Origin: a candidate division FCPU426 bacterium
Lineage (GTDB): Bacteria; Oederibacteriota; Muellerivitia; Muellerivitales; Muellerivitaceae
Reading direction: 5' to 3'
NCBI GenBank assembly: GCA_963796105.1
Contig: CAWCKJ010000016.1
Location: 1-64,000, forward strand
DNA: 64,000 bases
Program-made: the position numbers and the translations under genes
Shown: positions 9,755 to 19,101 of the stretch, in pieces
How positions within the stretch are numbered: position 1 is the stretch's first letter
Layout of the letters: the number at the start of each line of letters is the position of its first letter
The notes under the pieces: generated by a model
The model's database searches: none
What the model was told of the DNA's origin: nothing
What the model saw: the letters and a program-made list of their open reading frames with translations, nothing else

Positions 9755-9851
9755 GGTTTTTCTACGCGTAGAGGGCGAACCCCCCTATCGTTTCTACCAT
9801 CATCACTTGATGCGTAGATAGGGGGGTTCGCCATCGGAGCGTGGAAAAACC
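9755..9851. other. Conserved long hairpin, copy A (homolog at 63464-63560)
   Basis: GGCGAACCCCCCTATC/GATAGGGGGGTTCGCC stem with a covarying 13-bp outer stem. Confidence 0.75.
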
Positions 9852-9970
9852 CGCCTTAAATAATCCTCAAACCCACTTTTTGCTTTCAAATGGTTTGAAA
9901 GCCTTTCAACCCCGACAAAGGCCTCCGCCAACCTCCCAAACCTCCCCCTCCCAGCCGGTCTTTTCCCGGT

Positions 9971-10071
9971 TTAGGGCACCCTGGCGATGGGCAGGTCACT
10001 GAGCCGGGTCGTATAGTGCGGCGACTGCTTCTCGAATTTCGTCAGCCACCTCTGGTTGATCCCCACCGAGG
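9971..10071 (-). pseudogene. umuC: Duplicated 3' end of umuC
   Basis: 7 mismatches in 101 bp against 15856-15956; encodes SVGINQRWLTKFEKQSPHYTTRLSDLPIARVP*. Confidence 0.9.
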
Positions 10072-10099
10072 TCCTCCTGGCCCTGTTAGCCTCCAAGCG

Positions 10100-10711
10100 T
10101 CAATCCAATAAGGCCCGAACCCAATAACCCCTCGGGCCGTCCTCAAAAAGCTCGATTTTAAAGCCGGCTTTTTGAAGCTTTATTTCCAAATCCTCGCGCA
10201 TGGGCAAATGGTGATGGGCCACAACTTCTGAAAGTTGGCCGTGAAATTGATTGAGTTCTTCGCGGCTTTGGGTGTGGGCGATCCAAAACTCGCCTTCCGG
10301 CTTTAACACCCTCCAGAATTCCTTGAGCGTTTTTTGGATATCTGAAAAATGCGGAAATGCGTTGAAACAAATCACCTTGTCAAAGAAACCATCTGTATGG
10401 GGCAGGGAGGATGCCTTCCCGACTGTAAACGAAACCTGGGAAGGAAGATTCCGCCCCTTGGCTACTTTTATCATTTCTGCTGAAAGGTCTACACCCCAAA
10501 TCTCCCCTCCGGGAAGCACAAATTGAACCAATCTTTCGGTCAATCTCCCCGATCCGCATCCCGGCTCCAAAATTCTTTCACCTGGCTTCAGGTTCCAAAG
10601 TTTTATCAGCGGTTCCAACTTTACTTCCTCTTCCGGGGAAAAAGAGACCATCGCTCCATGAGAAACCGCCTGATCGAAAAAGGTCCCTAAAATTTCGTCT
10701 TGTTTATCCAT
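10100..10711 (-). CDS. Class I SAM-dependent methyltransferase
   Basis: ILEPGCGSG, GVDLSAEMI, FDKVIC and RVLKPEG motifs. Confidence 0.9.
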   Translation of the reverse strand: MDKQDEILGTFFDQAVSHGAMVSFSPEEEVKLEPLIKLWNLKPGERILEPGCGSGRLTERLVQFVLPGGEIWGVDLSAEMIKVAKGRNLPSQVSFTVGKASSLPHTDGFFDKVICFNAFPHFSDIQKTLKEFWRVLKPEGEFWIAHTQSREELNQFHGQLSEVVAHHHLPMREDLEIKLQKAGFKIELFEDGPRGYWVRALLD

Positions 10712-10723
10712 TCCATCCCGCTT

Positions 10724-11524
10724 TCATCCCTGTGTTTTCGGTTGCTTTGTAAATCCCAAAACGATTCCCAATAAAACACTGGAAACAAGGCCGATGCATG
10801 CCCCTACCGGCAAATCCAAGATATAAGCAACGCCGAATCCCAAAAGGGCGCTCCCCGCCCCGAAAAAAGCGCTCAACCCCAGGGTCGCCCTAAAGCTTCC
10901 GCATATCCTCGCGGCGGCCACGGGAGGGTTAAAGAGAAGGCTGTAGAGAAGCAATCCCCCTACGGTTTCCAAATTGACGGCCACCGTTCCCGAGGCGAAA
11001 CACAAAAACACGGTCAAGAGAATCCCTTCTGGGATCACCACGGCGGCCAGTTGCCGGTCAAACAAGAGAAGTTTAAGCTCCTTCTCGAACAAGAAGTAAA
11101 AGACCAGGAAAAATAACATGAGGACGCCCATCAGGATGGTCTGGCCCCAACTCACGAAAAGCAGGCTTCCCCACAAGAGGCTCAGTTGCGCTGTTTTTGG
11201 CCCCTTGAAAAAAGCCATCCCCAGGAAAACCAATGCCATGGAAAGGGTAAAGAGCGCGCCGATGGCGGCGTTTCCTTCGATCCGCCTTTTATTCATCATC
11301 CAGCCCAACAGGCTGGCTCCAATCAAAGCACCCAGGAAACCCGAAATCTCATGCGGCCAACCTAATAAGTCCCCAAACACCGCACCAGCCAGTGCCGCAT
11401 GGGAGGCGAACACCGCTAGGAACGGCATCCGCAATCCCAAAAGGAAAGCGCCGACCAACCCGCAAAGCGCGCCCCCCAAAACTGCGGCGGCCATGACCTG
11501 TCCGAAGGATTGGAAGAAGTTCAT
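10724..11524 (-). CDS. Metal ABC transporter permease (ZnuB/ABC-3 family)
   Basis: Hydrophobic; SHAALAG, LLWGSLL, FDRQLA and VGGLL motifs. Confidence 0.88.
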   Translation of the reverse strand: MNFFQSFGQVMAAAVLGGALCGLVGAFLLGLRMPFLAVFASHAALAGAVFGDLLGWPHEISGFLGALIGASLLGWMMNKRRIEGNAAIGALFTLSMALVFLGMAFFKGPKTAQLSLLWGSLLFVSWGQTILMGVLMLFFLVFYFLFEKELKLLLFDRQLAAVVIPEGILLTVFLCFASGTVAVNLETVGGLLLYSLLFNPPVAAARICGSFRATLGLSAFFGAGSALLGFGVAYILDLPVGACIGLVSSVLLGIVLGFTKQPKTQG

Positions 11525-12285
11525 TTAAGGCCCCCCGGACCCAAGGCATATGCCCCATAACGCCCCCTGGTCTTTTCCACTTTCATCGGGCAACCGTAAA
11601 GCGCCTTTAGCCGGTTGGATTGAAAGGCCCGCGATGGACTGCCCGTAAAGATCGGCTTCCCGTCTTTTAACAACATGACATGATTACACTCGGCGGGCAG
11701 ATGATGGATCTCGTGTGTGACCATGACCACGGCGGGTTTTGTCCGGAGATAGAGGCCCGAAATAAGATGAATGAGTTTTTCCTGCCAGGGAAGGTCCAGT
11801 CCGGCGGCAGGTTCGTCCAGAAGGAACAAATCGGCTTCCTGCGCGACAAGCCGGGCAATCTGGACTTGGCGGCGTTCCCCACCCGAGAGTTCCCGGTATA
11901 GGCGTTTCCTGAAACCCGTCAAACCCGTCAACCGGAGCGCTTTTTCGACGGCCTGACGGTCATGCCCGGTCCACGGTTTCCCCAGTTTTAGGCTTCCAAT
12001 CCTCCCAAAAAAAACAACGTCCTCCACGGTAAAGGGAAGGTCGGGACGAAAATCCTGGTGTTGGAAAATAATCCCGATAGTGGGCTTGATGACATGGATG
12101 CAGGTTCCGCTGCCGGGTTTTCGCAGGCCCGCCAACACGTGCAGAAGGGTGCTTTTGCCCGCGCCATTCGGGCCGACCACCCCCCAAAATTCCCCGGGAT
12201 GGATATGCAGGTTGATCGGGCCTAATTGCCGGCCTTCGGTGAATGGAACCACCAAATTTCTTAATTCCGCTATCGGGGAGGACAA
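11521..12285 (-). CDS. Metal ABC transporter ATPase
   Basis: GPNGAGKS, LSGGE, LLDEP, VTH. Confidence 0.92.
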   Translation of the reverse strand: MSSPIAELRNLVVPFTEGRQLGPINLHIHPGEFWGVVGPNGAGKSTLLHVLAGLRKPGSGTCIHVIKPTIGIIFQHQDFRPDLPFTVEDVVFFGRIGSLKLGKPWTGHDRQAVEKALRLTGLTGFRKRLYRELSGGERRQVQIARLVAQEADLFLLDEPAAGLDLPWQEKLIHLISGLYLRTKPAVVMVTHEIHHLPAECNHVMLLKDGKPIFTGSPSRAFQSNRLKALYGCPMKVEKTRGRYGAYALGPGGLK

Positions 12286-13097
12286 GCCATTTCCAATTTC
12301 TGAATGTTATTTTCGATCAGTTCATCATAGGTTTTTCCATAACCATCGGCACCGGGAAAATTCGAAAAGATAACGGCGGGGACTCCCATCTTATCCGCCA
12401 GTGACTTTGCGGCCTGATCACCCTCTTGTAAATTTCCAATAACTAACCTTGCCTTTAACCTCAGAAGTTTTCGGTACTCTTGCGGTGTAACATCCTCCGG
12501 CCTTGCCACTGTTCCCACCACCTTGAGTCCCAGGTATTCGCAGAAATCCTCCTGCATCTTCGAGGCCACAACCGGGATTCCTTTCATTCGGCCAACTCTT
12601 TTGAGGATGGTTTGATGCAGTTTCCAAAGCCGGTCCTGGGAGCGGACCGCGCTTCCCATCCATTTTTCTTTATTAGCGGGGTAAACTTCCGAGGCCAGCG
12701 CGGCTGTTTCTTTTACTAAAGCCGCGAACTTGCCGGGGATCAAGTAACTTTCAGGGGACTTCGCGATAGAAATCCTGATTTTACCTTTTGAAAGACTGCT
12801 TAACCTCCCGTCTAAAAAATCCTGGTAGTCGTGGCGGATGAAAAGCCCTATTCCCTTCAGGCGGTCCAAATCCCTGGCCCGTATATCGAAATAACCCGGG
12901 CAGGAACCGGCTGGAATCAGGGTAATAGTCTCAACCTCACCGTTGATCGGAACCCATTCTTTAATAGCCGACTCCAACATGGTCGTAGAGACGCCAATTC
13001 GCGCAGGGACCGGCGGAGTGCCGTTGGAAAAGCAAGGCGGGCAGTTAAACATGGACACTAAACAAAACAACCAAAAGTAAAATTTCCTCAAAAACAT
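12270..13097 (-). CDS. Metal ABC substrate-binding protein (ZnuA/TroA-like)
   Basis: Signal peptide, V-S-TT motif, LIPAGSCP, YPANK and Y..LIENN C-terminus; operon position. Confidence 0.78.
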   Translation of the reverse strand: MFLRKFYFWLFCLVSMFNCPPCFSNGTPPVPARIGVSTTMLESAIKEWVPINGEVETITLIPAGSCPGYFDIRARDLDRLKGIGLFIRHDYQDFLDGRLSSLSKGKIRISIAKSPESYLIPGKFAALVKETAALASEVYPANKEKWMGSAVRSQDRLWKLHQTILKRVGRMKGIPVVASKMQEDFCEYLGLKVVGTVARPEDVTPQEYRKLLRLKARLVIGNLQEGDQAAKSLADKMGVPAVIFSNFPGADGYGKTYDELIENNIQKLEMACPPR

Positions 13098-13132
13098 GGT
13101 CGTCTTCTTTTAGGGTTTCCCCAAGAATAAAA

Positions 13133-13161
13133 GAGAAGGATGTCCCTGAAACATCCTTCTC
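13133..13161 (-). terminator. Intrinsic terminator after the TonB-dependent receptor
   Basis: 11-bp stem GAGAAGGATGT/ACATCCTTCTC followed by a T-rich tract on the minus strand. Confidence 0.65.
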
Positions 13162-13200
13162 CTGGGTTAAAAGACCCTGTCGATTTTAGTAATTCTTTTC

Positions 13201-15198
13201 TTAAAACTTACTCTCTAATCCCGCCATCCAAGCATCCTTCGCCATCGGATACCCTGGACGGAATTCGTAATCCTCAGCACCGATATTTTCGCAAGCTATG
13301 AATAGTTCAGTGTTGTTTTTCGGGTTCTTGGGGTTGATGGAATAAGACAACTTCCCGTTCAAGACAACGAACCCATTGACCCAGGCATCCGGCCCAGGGT
13401 AACGGAGATTGATGGTATTCTGCTGGCTGGCGTATTGAATGTCCAAATTCAAGCGGAAAACATCCGCGATTTCCGCGTTCATCCCACCTTGAAAAGTCCA
13501 TTGGGGGGCGTTCGGTACGTCGGACGGGGTGGAATCCAGGTAAGTCCCGCCCGCGAACCACTGCGGGAGATTCTTTGGCGTCCATTGGGCATCCAACTCG
13601 ATTCCTTGGGTTTGGTAACTGCCTACATTCGCGAAGTTAAAGTCATAGTCGGCGGGGTCCGTCCAGAGGGCGTTAGTTACGTTGTCCCTGAAGACCGCCA
13701 GGTTGGTGGAAAACTCGTGGGTGAACTTGCGGTTCCAACCTACTTCCAGGTGGTCGTCGATCTCGGGCTGCAAGTTTTGCCATTGCCCTGGCTGGTTGAT
13801 CGCAACGTAAACACCGGGATAATTGAAACCGTGGGCGTAGCCGAAATAAAAGCTATCGGCGGAATCATCCAGTTTTAACCCGGCTTGGGGTCCAGCAATG
13901 GAGCCCAAATACCGGTTAATATTGTAACGAACACCGGCAGACGGTATGAGCGTTACCCCGCCACCCATTACGATGGACTGACTCAGCATTACGTAAGGCG
14001 CGTAATTGGCGAATTGGGGCGGATTGGAGGAGTCATCGTTTGCCTGCGCCGGAACGGGATATATGTCCTGGGTATGACCGCCGTAAAAATCATTGTCAAA
14101 CCCCAACACAATTTCGCCTCCATCGGCGGCCCATTTTTCCTTGAGGTGATAACCGAAATTACTGCTCCACGCATAGCTGTTATAGGGCGACAGGTTCCAA
14201 GAATCCCATTCGTACCAGTTGATGTTGGTCGTATTCCAGTAACCTTTGACTGAACCGCTCCAAGCGCCATCCTGGTGGGAAAGGTCGAAGATCGCCATGG
14301 TGGAGTCAAACATGAAATTTTGTGTGATAGGTAAAGGCGTCGCGCCCACTTCCCCCGGATCATCGGTCGAGGAATTGTTGTATGCCACGTAACCAGTAGC
14401 TGTAACACCGGAACCCAAATTGAAGCCCAAATGGGCCGAGCCTTCGTAAACTTCACCATTGGAATTTGGCCTGATACCGTCGCTAATCCAATGACCGCCC
14501 GTTAAATAGTAATCGGCGTCGCCGATTTTGCCGCCGGTTTCGACCGTCTGAGTATAGGTTTGGTTGGCTCCGGCCTCGGCTTGAACCTGGGTCTCAAACC
14601 CAGGTTGTCCCATGGTCTTGGGAATCATGTTGACTGCCCCAAAACCCATATTTCCAATCAGCACGGGTTGGGCGCTCTTATAGACATCGATCACGCTGGC
14701 ATTATTAATGGACAATTGGTCCATCAAGGGGTGTGTCCAAACCCCCGCGAATAAGGGAATGCCATCCACCATCGTGGTGATTTCGGCACCGGGACGGCCA
14801 GATCCCTGACCCCGGAGGTAAATCGCCCCGCCGTCACCCCCGCCATAATTCCCCATTTCATTGTATTGGGAAATGATGACGCCGGGGACCGTCCGTAGGG
14901 CAGTTGGAAGGTCTTGCGCGTTTAGGTCGTCTATCTGCCCGGATGAAACTGTATCCATTTCATCACCGTAGCGGGACGTATTGATGCTTGCTAAGGGCGC
15001 GGTGACAACAACCTCCGGCAGGGTAAAAATGGAAGCAGACGAGTTATCGGCTTGAGATACAGGTTTTGTTAATTCCTGATTGTTCTCCGTCGGAGTCGCG
15101 GTCGCAACAGTCTTATCATCCGCCTTTACAGTTGTCCCGTAAGATATATACCCCGCAAAAAGAACGATAGCTGCCATCCTTCCGTAACGCAATCCCAT
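13201..15198 (-). CDS. TonB-dependent receptor
   Basis: Signal peptide, LPEVVVTA TonB box, plug motifs (LRTVPGV, IYLRG, VDGIP), C-terminal F. Confidence 0.92.
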   Translation of the reverse strand: MGLRYGRMAAIVLFAGYISYGTTVKADDKTVATATPTENNQELTKPVSQADNSSASIFTLPEVVVTAPLASINTSRYGDEMDTVSSGQIDDLNAQDLPTALRTVPGVIISQYNEMGNYGGGDGGAIYLRGQGSGRPGAEITTMVDGIPLFAGVWTHPLMDQLSINNASVIDVYKSAQPVLIGNMGFGAVNMIPKTMGQPGFETQVQAEAGANQTYTQTVETGGKIGDADYYLTGGHWISDGIRPNSNGEVYEGSAHLGFNLGSGVTATGYVAYNNSSTDDPGEVGATPLPITQNFMFDSTMAIFDLSHQDGAWSGSVKGYWNTTNINWYEWDSWNLSPYNSYAWSSNFGYHLKEKWAADGGEIVLGFDNDFYGGHTQDIYPVPAQANDDSSNPPQFANYAPYVMLSQSIVMGGGVTLIPSAGVRYNINRYLGSIAGPQAGLKLDDSADSFYFGYAHGFNYPGVYVAINQPGQWQNLQPEIDDHLEVGWNRKFTHEFSTNLAVFRDNVTNALWTDPADYDFNFANVGSYQTQGIELDAQWTPKNLPQWFAGGTYLDSTPSDVPNAPQWTFQGGMNAEIADVFRLNLDIQYASQQNTINLRYPGPDAWVNGFVVLNGKLSYSINPKNPKNNTELFIACENIGAEDYEFRPGYPMAKDAWMAGLESKF

Positions 15199-15263
15199 CC
15201 CGAGACTCCTTTGTGTTTAAGAAATAACTAACTTGCGGCCATAACTTTGCGAATCTCCTAGCA

Positions 15264-15290
15264 GTAATACCTTTATTATTATCGTAATAC
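15264..15290. promoter_or_regulatory. Putative NikR operator
   Basis: GTAATAC-N13(AT-rich)-GTAATAC between nikR and the receptor start; spacing resembles known NikR sites. Confidence 0.55.
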
Positions 15291-15307
15291 TTTCGGACTA
15301 AAAAAAT

Positions 15308-15721
15308 TTACAGCTTTTGGCCCGTTGAACTGAGTGAAATGGCCGCGTGCAGGACGCCCTTCTCCTGGCGCATGTGGTCAAATAGGTGACGGATATCGAC
15401 CGCTTTCCCCTTGACCATGATCATCTCCGCGCAAATTCGCTCATCCAGGTGCACGTGGGTTGCGGCCAGAACCTTGGCTGCGTGATGGTGCTGAACCGCG
15501 ATCAGTTTCTCACTCAAGAGCCGCTTGTGATGGTCATACAAAAGCGAGATCGTCCCCAGAGCTTCGCCGTCCGTTTCCCATTCCCCGGCCACCAATTTTC
15601 CTCGAACCAAGTCCCGGATGAACTCAGAACGATTCGCGTAATGGCTTTCCTGAATCATCCGTTCGAGCTTGTCCGCCAAAGATTTCTCGATGGAAAAACT
15701 GAACCGGTGAAGTTGGGTCAT
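15308..15721 (-). CDS. nikR: Nickel-responsive regulator NikR
   Basis: RFSFSI ribbon-helix-helix, Y.NRSEFIRDL, QH, HVHLD...C Ni ligands. Confidence 0.95.
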   Translation of the reverse strand: MTQLHRFSFSIEKSLADKLERMIQESHYANRSEFIRDLVRGKLVAGEWETDGEALGTISLLYDHHKRLLSEKLIAVQHHHAAKVLAATHVHLDERICAEMIMVKGKAVDIRHLFDHMRQEKGVLHAAISLSSTGQKL

Positions 15722-15855
15722 GCCGAATCAACCTCCTGTGGGGCAAAGTGTATTCAATAAAGAACTCGAACCACTATGACGATAATCATACGAATTTTGT
15801 AAATTTCATACTGGATTGTCAACGGTCAAGACTTTCCAGTTGGCCATTCCCCTGT

Positions 15856-17127
15856 TTAGGGCACCCTGGCGATGGGCAGGTCCCTGATCCGGGTCGTGTA
15901 GTGGGGCGACTGCTTCTCGAACCTCGTCAGCCACCTTTGGTTGATCCCCACCGAGGCCATCCTGACCGTTCCCGCCCCCTTGACCTCGTTCAACTGGTCG
16001 ATGGTCCTCATCAAAACCGGCCTCCGGATGTCCTCCGGGCGGATGAACAAGTGCCCCTGGACGGCGTCCTCCGGTTCCAGCTTGTCGGCGTTCAGGCCAA
16101 TCCTCTTGTACCGGTATCCCCTCCGGTACAGGCTTTCCACCACCGCCACCACGTACTGGATCAGGGTGGAGGTGTCGTTGGTGGCCACCGGGAAAACCAC
16201 CGTCCGGGCGTCCCCGTATTGTGGGTCATGCCCAAAAGGGTTGGTATTGATCCAGACGGTCAGTTCCTTCACGCATTGTTTCTCCTGCCGGAGCTTCAAG
16301 GCCTCCTCCGAGGCCCTGGCCGCCGCGGCCTCCTTCAGTTCCTCCAAGGACTCGATCAGGACGCCGAAACCCTGGGCCGTTCCCACCATCTTCTTGGCCG
16401 GGGGCACCAGCTCCAAAGCTAGGCAGGACACCCCCTTCAACTCCGATTGAATCCTGGCCCCCACGACGGTCATCCTTGCCCTCACCCAATGCTCCGGGGC
16501 GTTCCTGAATTCCAAGGCGTTGTTGATCCCGTTCTCCTTGAGCATCCTTTCGTAAGCCGGCCCGACATACCAGAGATCCCCCACGTCGGTTTGGGCAAGG
16601 GCCTTTTCCAGGTAGGGGGACTTAAAAAGGTTCAAGACCCCCCTGGCCTTGGTCGACTTCTTGGCGATCTTGTTGGCGACTTTTGCCACCACCTTGGTTC
16701 CGGCGATGCCCACCGACACGGGTATTTCGGTGCACCTTTCCACCATCTCCTTGATCCGCCTTCCGTACCCCTCCAATTCCTCATGGGGGATGCCGGACAG
16801 TTCCAGGAAGGCCTCGTCGATGGAGTATTTCTCAAGCCTGGGAGTGAATAGGGAAAGCACCTCCCTCACCCGGTCGCACATGTCGAAGTAAAGGGGATAA
16901 TTGGAGGACATGACAATGAGGTTGTGTTCCTTAACCCAGTCCCGCCTCATGAACACGGCATCGCCCATTTCAATGCCCAAGGCCTTTGCCTCGTTCGACC
17001 GGGCGATCACCAGGCCGTCGTTGTTCGAGAGAACCACGACCGGGCGGTTGTAGAGCCGGGGATTAAAGGCACGCTCACAAGAGACGTAGAAGTTATTGCA
17101 GTCCACCAAGGCGACGACGTACTCCAC
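15856..17127 (-). CDS. umuC: Y-family DNA polymerase V subunit UmuC
   Basis: DCNNFYVSCER, VVLSNNDG, YSIDEAF, SPHYTT C-terminal motif. Confidence 0.95.
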   Translation of the reverse strand: MEYVVALVDCNNFYVSCERAFNPRLYNRPVVVLSNNDGLVIARSNEAKALGIEMGDAVFMRRDWVKEHNLIVMSSNYPLYFDMCDRVREVLSLFTPRLEKYSIDEAFLELSGIPHEELEGYGRRIKEMVERCTEIPVSVGIAGTKVVAKVANKIAKKSTKARGVLNLFKSPYLEKALAQTDVGDLWYVGPAYERMLKENGINNALEFRNAPEHWVRARMTVVGARIQSELKGVSCLALELVPPAKKMVGTAQGFGVLIESLEELKEAAAARASEEALKLRQEKQCVKELTVWINTNPFGHDPQYGDARTVVFPVATNDTSTLIQYVVAVVESLYRRGYRYKRIGLNADKLEPEDAVQGHLFIRPEDIRRPVLMRTIDQLNEVKGAGTVRMASVGINQRWLTRFEKQSPHYTTRIRDLPIARVP

Positions 17128-17557
17128 TGGAACCTCTCAAGGGATGGATGGTATAGGTGATGACACCGAGCATTTTGATCCCCTCCTCGGGGTCGATGGG
17201 GATGGGCTTGAACTCCGGGTTTTCGGGAAGCAGCAGGACTTTCTTGTTTTCGATACTGAGCCTCTTGACGATGGGCTCCCCGTTGAGGGCGGCGATGACG
17301 ATATCGTTTGGGGCCGGGAGCAGGGACTTATCCACCAGCAAAAAATCCCCCGAATGGATGCCAGCTCCGATCATGGAATCCCCTGAGGCGATCCAGAGGT
17401 ATGAGGCGTAGGGGTGGTCCACCAGGTCGGTTAGTTGAATCCGTCTCTCCCGGTAGGACTCCGGTGGGCCTGGTGCCCCACATGGTACCGGGGGCAAGAC
17501 CAGGGTCAAAAAGACGTTTTGAAACTCCTCGATGGAACCGAGATAATGGGCGCGCAT
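17093..17557 (-). CDS. umuD: UmuD (S24 peptidase)
   Basis: C-G cleavage site, GDSM, VKRL and PEN motifs; adjacent to umuC. Confidence 0.9.
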   Translation of the reverse strand: MRAHYLGSIEEFQNVFLTLVLPPVPCGAPGPPESYRERRIQLTDLVDHPYASYLWIASGDSMIGAGIHSGDFLLVDKSLLPAPNDIVIAALNGEPIVKRLSIENKKVLLLPENPEFKPIPIDPEEGIKMLGVITYTIHPLRGSSGVRRRLGGLQ

Positions 17558-17596
17558 GGCTTAAAAACCCTCCCCTAAAGCAACTGGAATACAGGT

Positions 17597-17612
17597 GTAT
17601 ACTTATGTATAC
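17597..17612. promoter_or_regulatory. Possible operator between umuD and the divergent XRE gene
   Basis: GTATAC-TTAT-GTATAC palindrome. Confidence 0.35.
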
Positions 17613-17684
17613 CGCGGGTTTCGGAATGGGGTCAAGGGATAATGATTCTGGTGAAAAGTAATAAAAGGGCTTTTGGGGTTAAAT

Positions 17685-18176
17685 ATGCCTAATGATAAAA
17701 ACGACATCCGGATGATCCTGAAATTCGGGGGTAACGTCCGGAGGTTGCGTATCCAAAGAGGATGGTCCCAAATAAAATTTGCCGAGCTAACAGGGTTGAA
17801 TGTCACCTTCATCAGGTTCGTGGAATACGGGCATAGAGGAACATCACTTAAAAATATCGTCAGGATCCAAAAGGCTTTGGGATGTGATGTAAAAGACCTT
17901 TTTGAGGAACCTATATCTTTCAAATTAAAAAAGATAACTACTGATAAACCTAATACCCTAAATGACCGTCAGATTATTCTTAAATTTGGGTCGAATGTAC
18001 GGAAGTTACGCTTACAACACGGCTGGTCACAGGTAATGTTAGGGAAAAAAGCAGGGATGATGGGTAATTCCATCGGGTTCGTGGAATGCGGTTATAGAAA
18101 TATTTGGTTAAAGAATATCCTCAAAATTCAAAAAGGTTTAGGTTGCGGTATCAAAATACTCTTCGAGGGGATTTAA
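17685..18176 (+). CDS. Tandem two-domain HTH-XRE regulator
   Basis: Two similar repeats ILKFG.NVR.LR.Q.GWSQ...E.G.R...LKNI..IQK.LGC..K.LFE. Confidence 0.88.
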   Translation: MPNDKNDIRMILKFGGNVRRLRIQRGWSQIKFAELTGLNVTFIRFVEYGHRGTSLKNIVRIQKALGCDVKDLFEEPISFKLKKITTDKPNTLNDRQIILKFGSNVRKLRLQHGWSQVMLGKKAGMMGNSIGFVECGYRNIWLKNILKIQKGLGCGIKILFEGI

Positions 18177-18320
18177 AATAATTTCCGTTGAACAGCTTTT
18201 AAGGAAGATGGGACAACTCAATTTTATTATTTCCACAATCAGAAATTAACGCGGGCATTTTTAAATGGTTTCTAAAAGAGCCGGCTACATACATATTTCC
18301 CGATTGATCGGCTGCATTCC

Positions 18321-18950
18321 CTAGTGGCCGCTTGGCGGAAGACCAGAAAATTGATTTGTAGGAATAAACTTCGCATTAGCGGTTGAGCTGGATGATTGGC
18401 ATATATATATCCCGTATCCCTCTCTTTTCCCCTGTGAAAAATTTCGAAGGAAACGAAAATCCCTTGGAGCGTCCTGTATAGGGTAGGTGGTAATAATAAG
18501 GACATCCCCTTTTTCGCGACCCAACCGATGGACAACTTCACCCCATTGAGAGCCGCTTAAAGGCATATCCACAAATCGGTCGCGGACGTAGAAATAACTT
18601 GATCGCCCATTTGCCGCCTCAATAATGGGTCGGTCTAAATAAGCACTGATGGTTGTCATGAATGGTGCTATGGAACCAACAATTGGCAAATCCTGGAAAT
18701 TATTTTCCTTTATATAATTGGCCACTTCTCTTCCGGTCGAAAAGGGCATCGATAATTCCCCTATGTTGAAGTCCACGCTTCCAGCAAGTGATACTAAGAG
18801 CGTAAAAATCATAAACGGTTTCCAAAGAATTTGCCCAGTGTTATGCAGAGTTTGGGGCAATACTATTTCATTGATGTATCCGAAACCATCTGCTTGGGCT
18901 ACCCATTGGGAACAAAGAAATATGACGAGAATAAAGCCGGACCATCTTGG
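18321..18950 (-). pseudogene. C-terminal fragment of a membrane protein
   Basis: Hydrophobic segments then PFSTGREVANYIKEN...PIVG...AYLDRP. No credible 5' end, and the ORF overlaps the divergent gene. Confidence 0.4.
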
Positions 18951-19101
18951 ACTCATACCAATAAAATATCCATCTTTCAAATTGACCCAATATCGATAAT
19001 AGATGGATTTAAAACGGGCTTTTAGAAGGTTGTTGATTGGTCTCCCTAGTTCAATATCTCTTCTCCATTTGAAATATGGAACGTTTGTTATAATCCACCT
19101 C

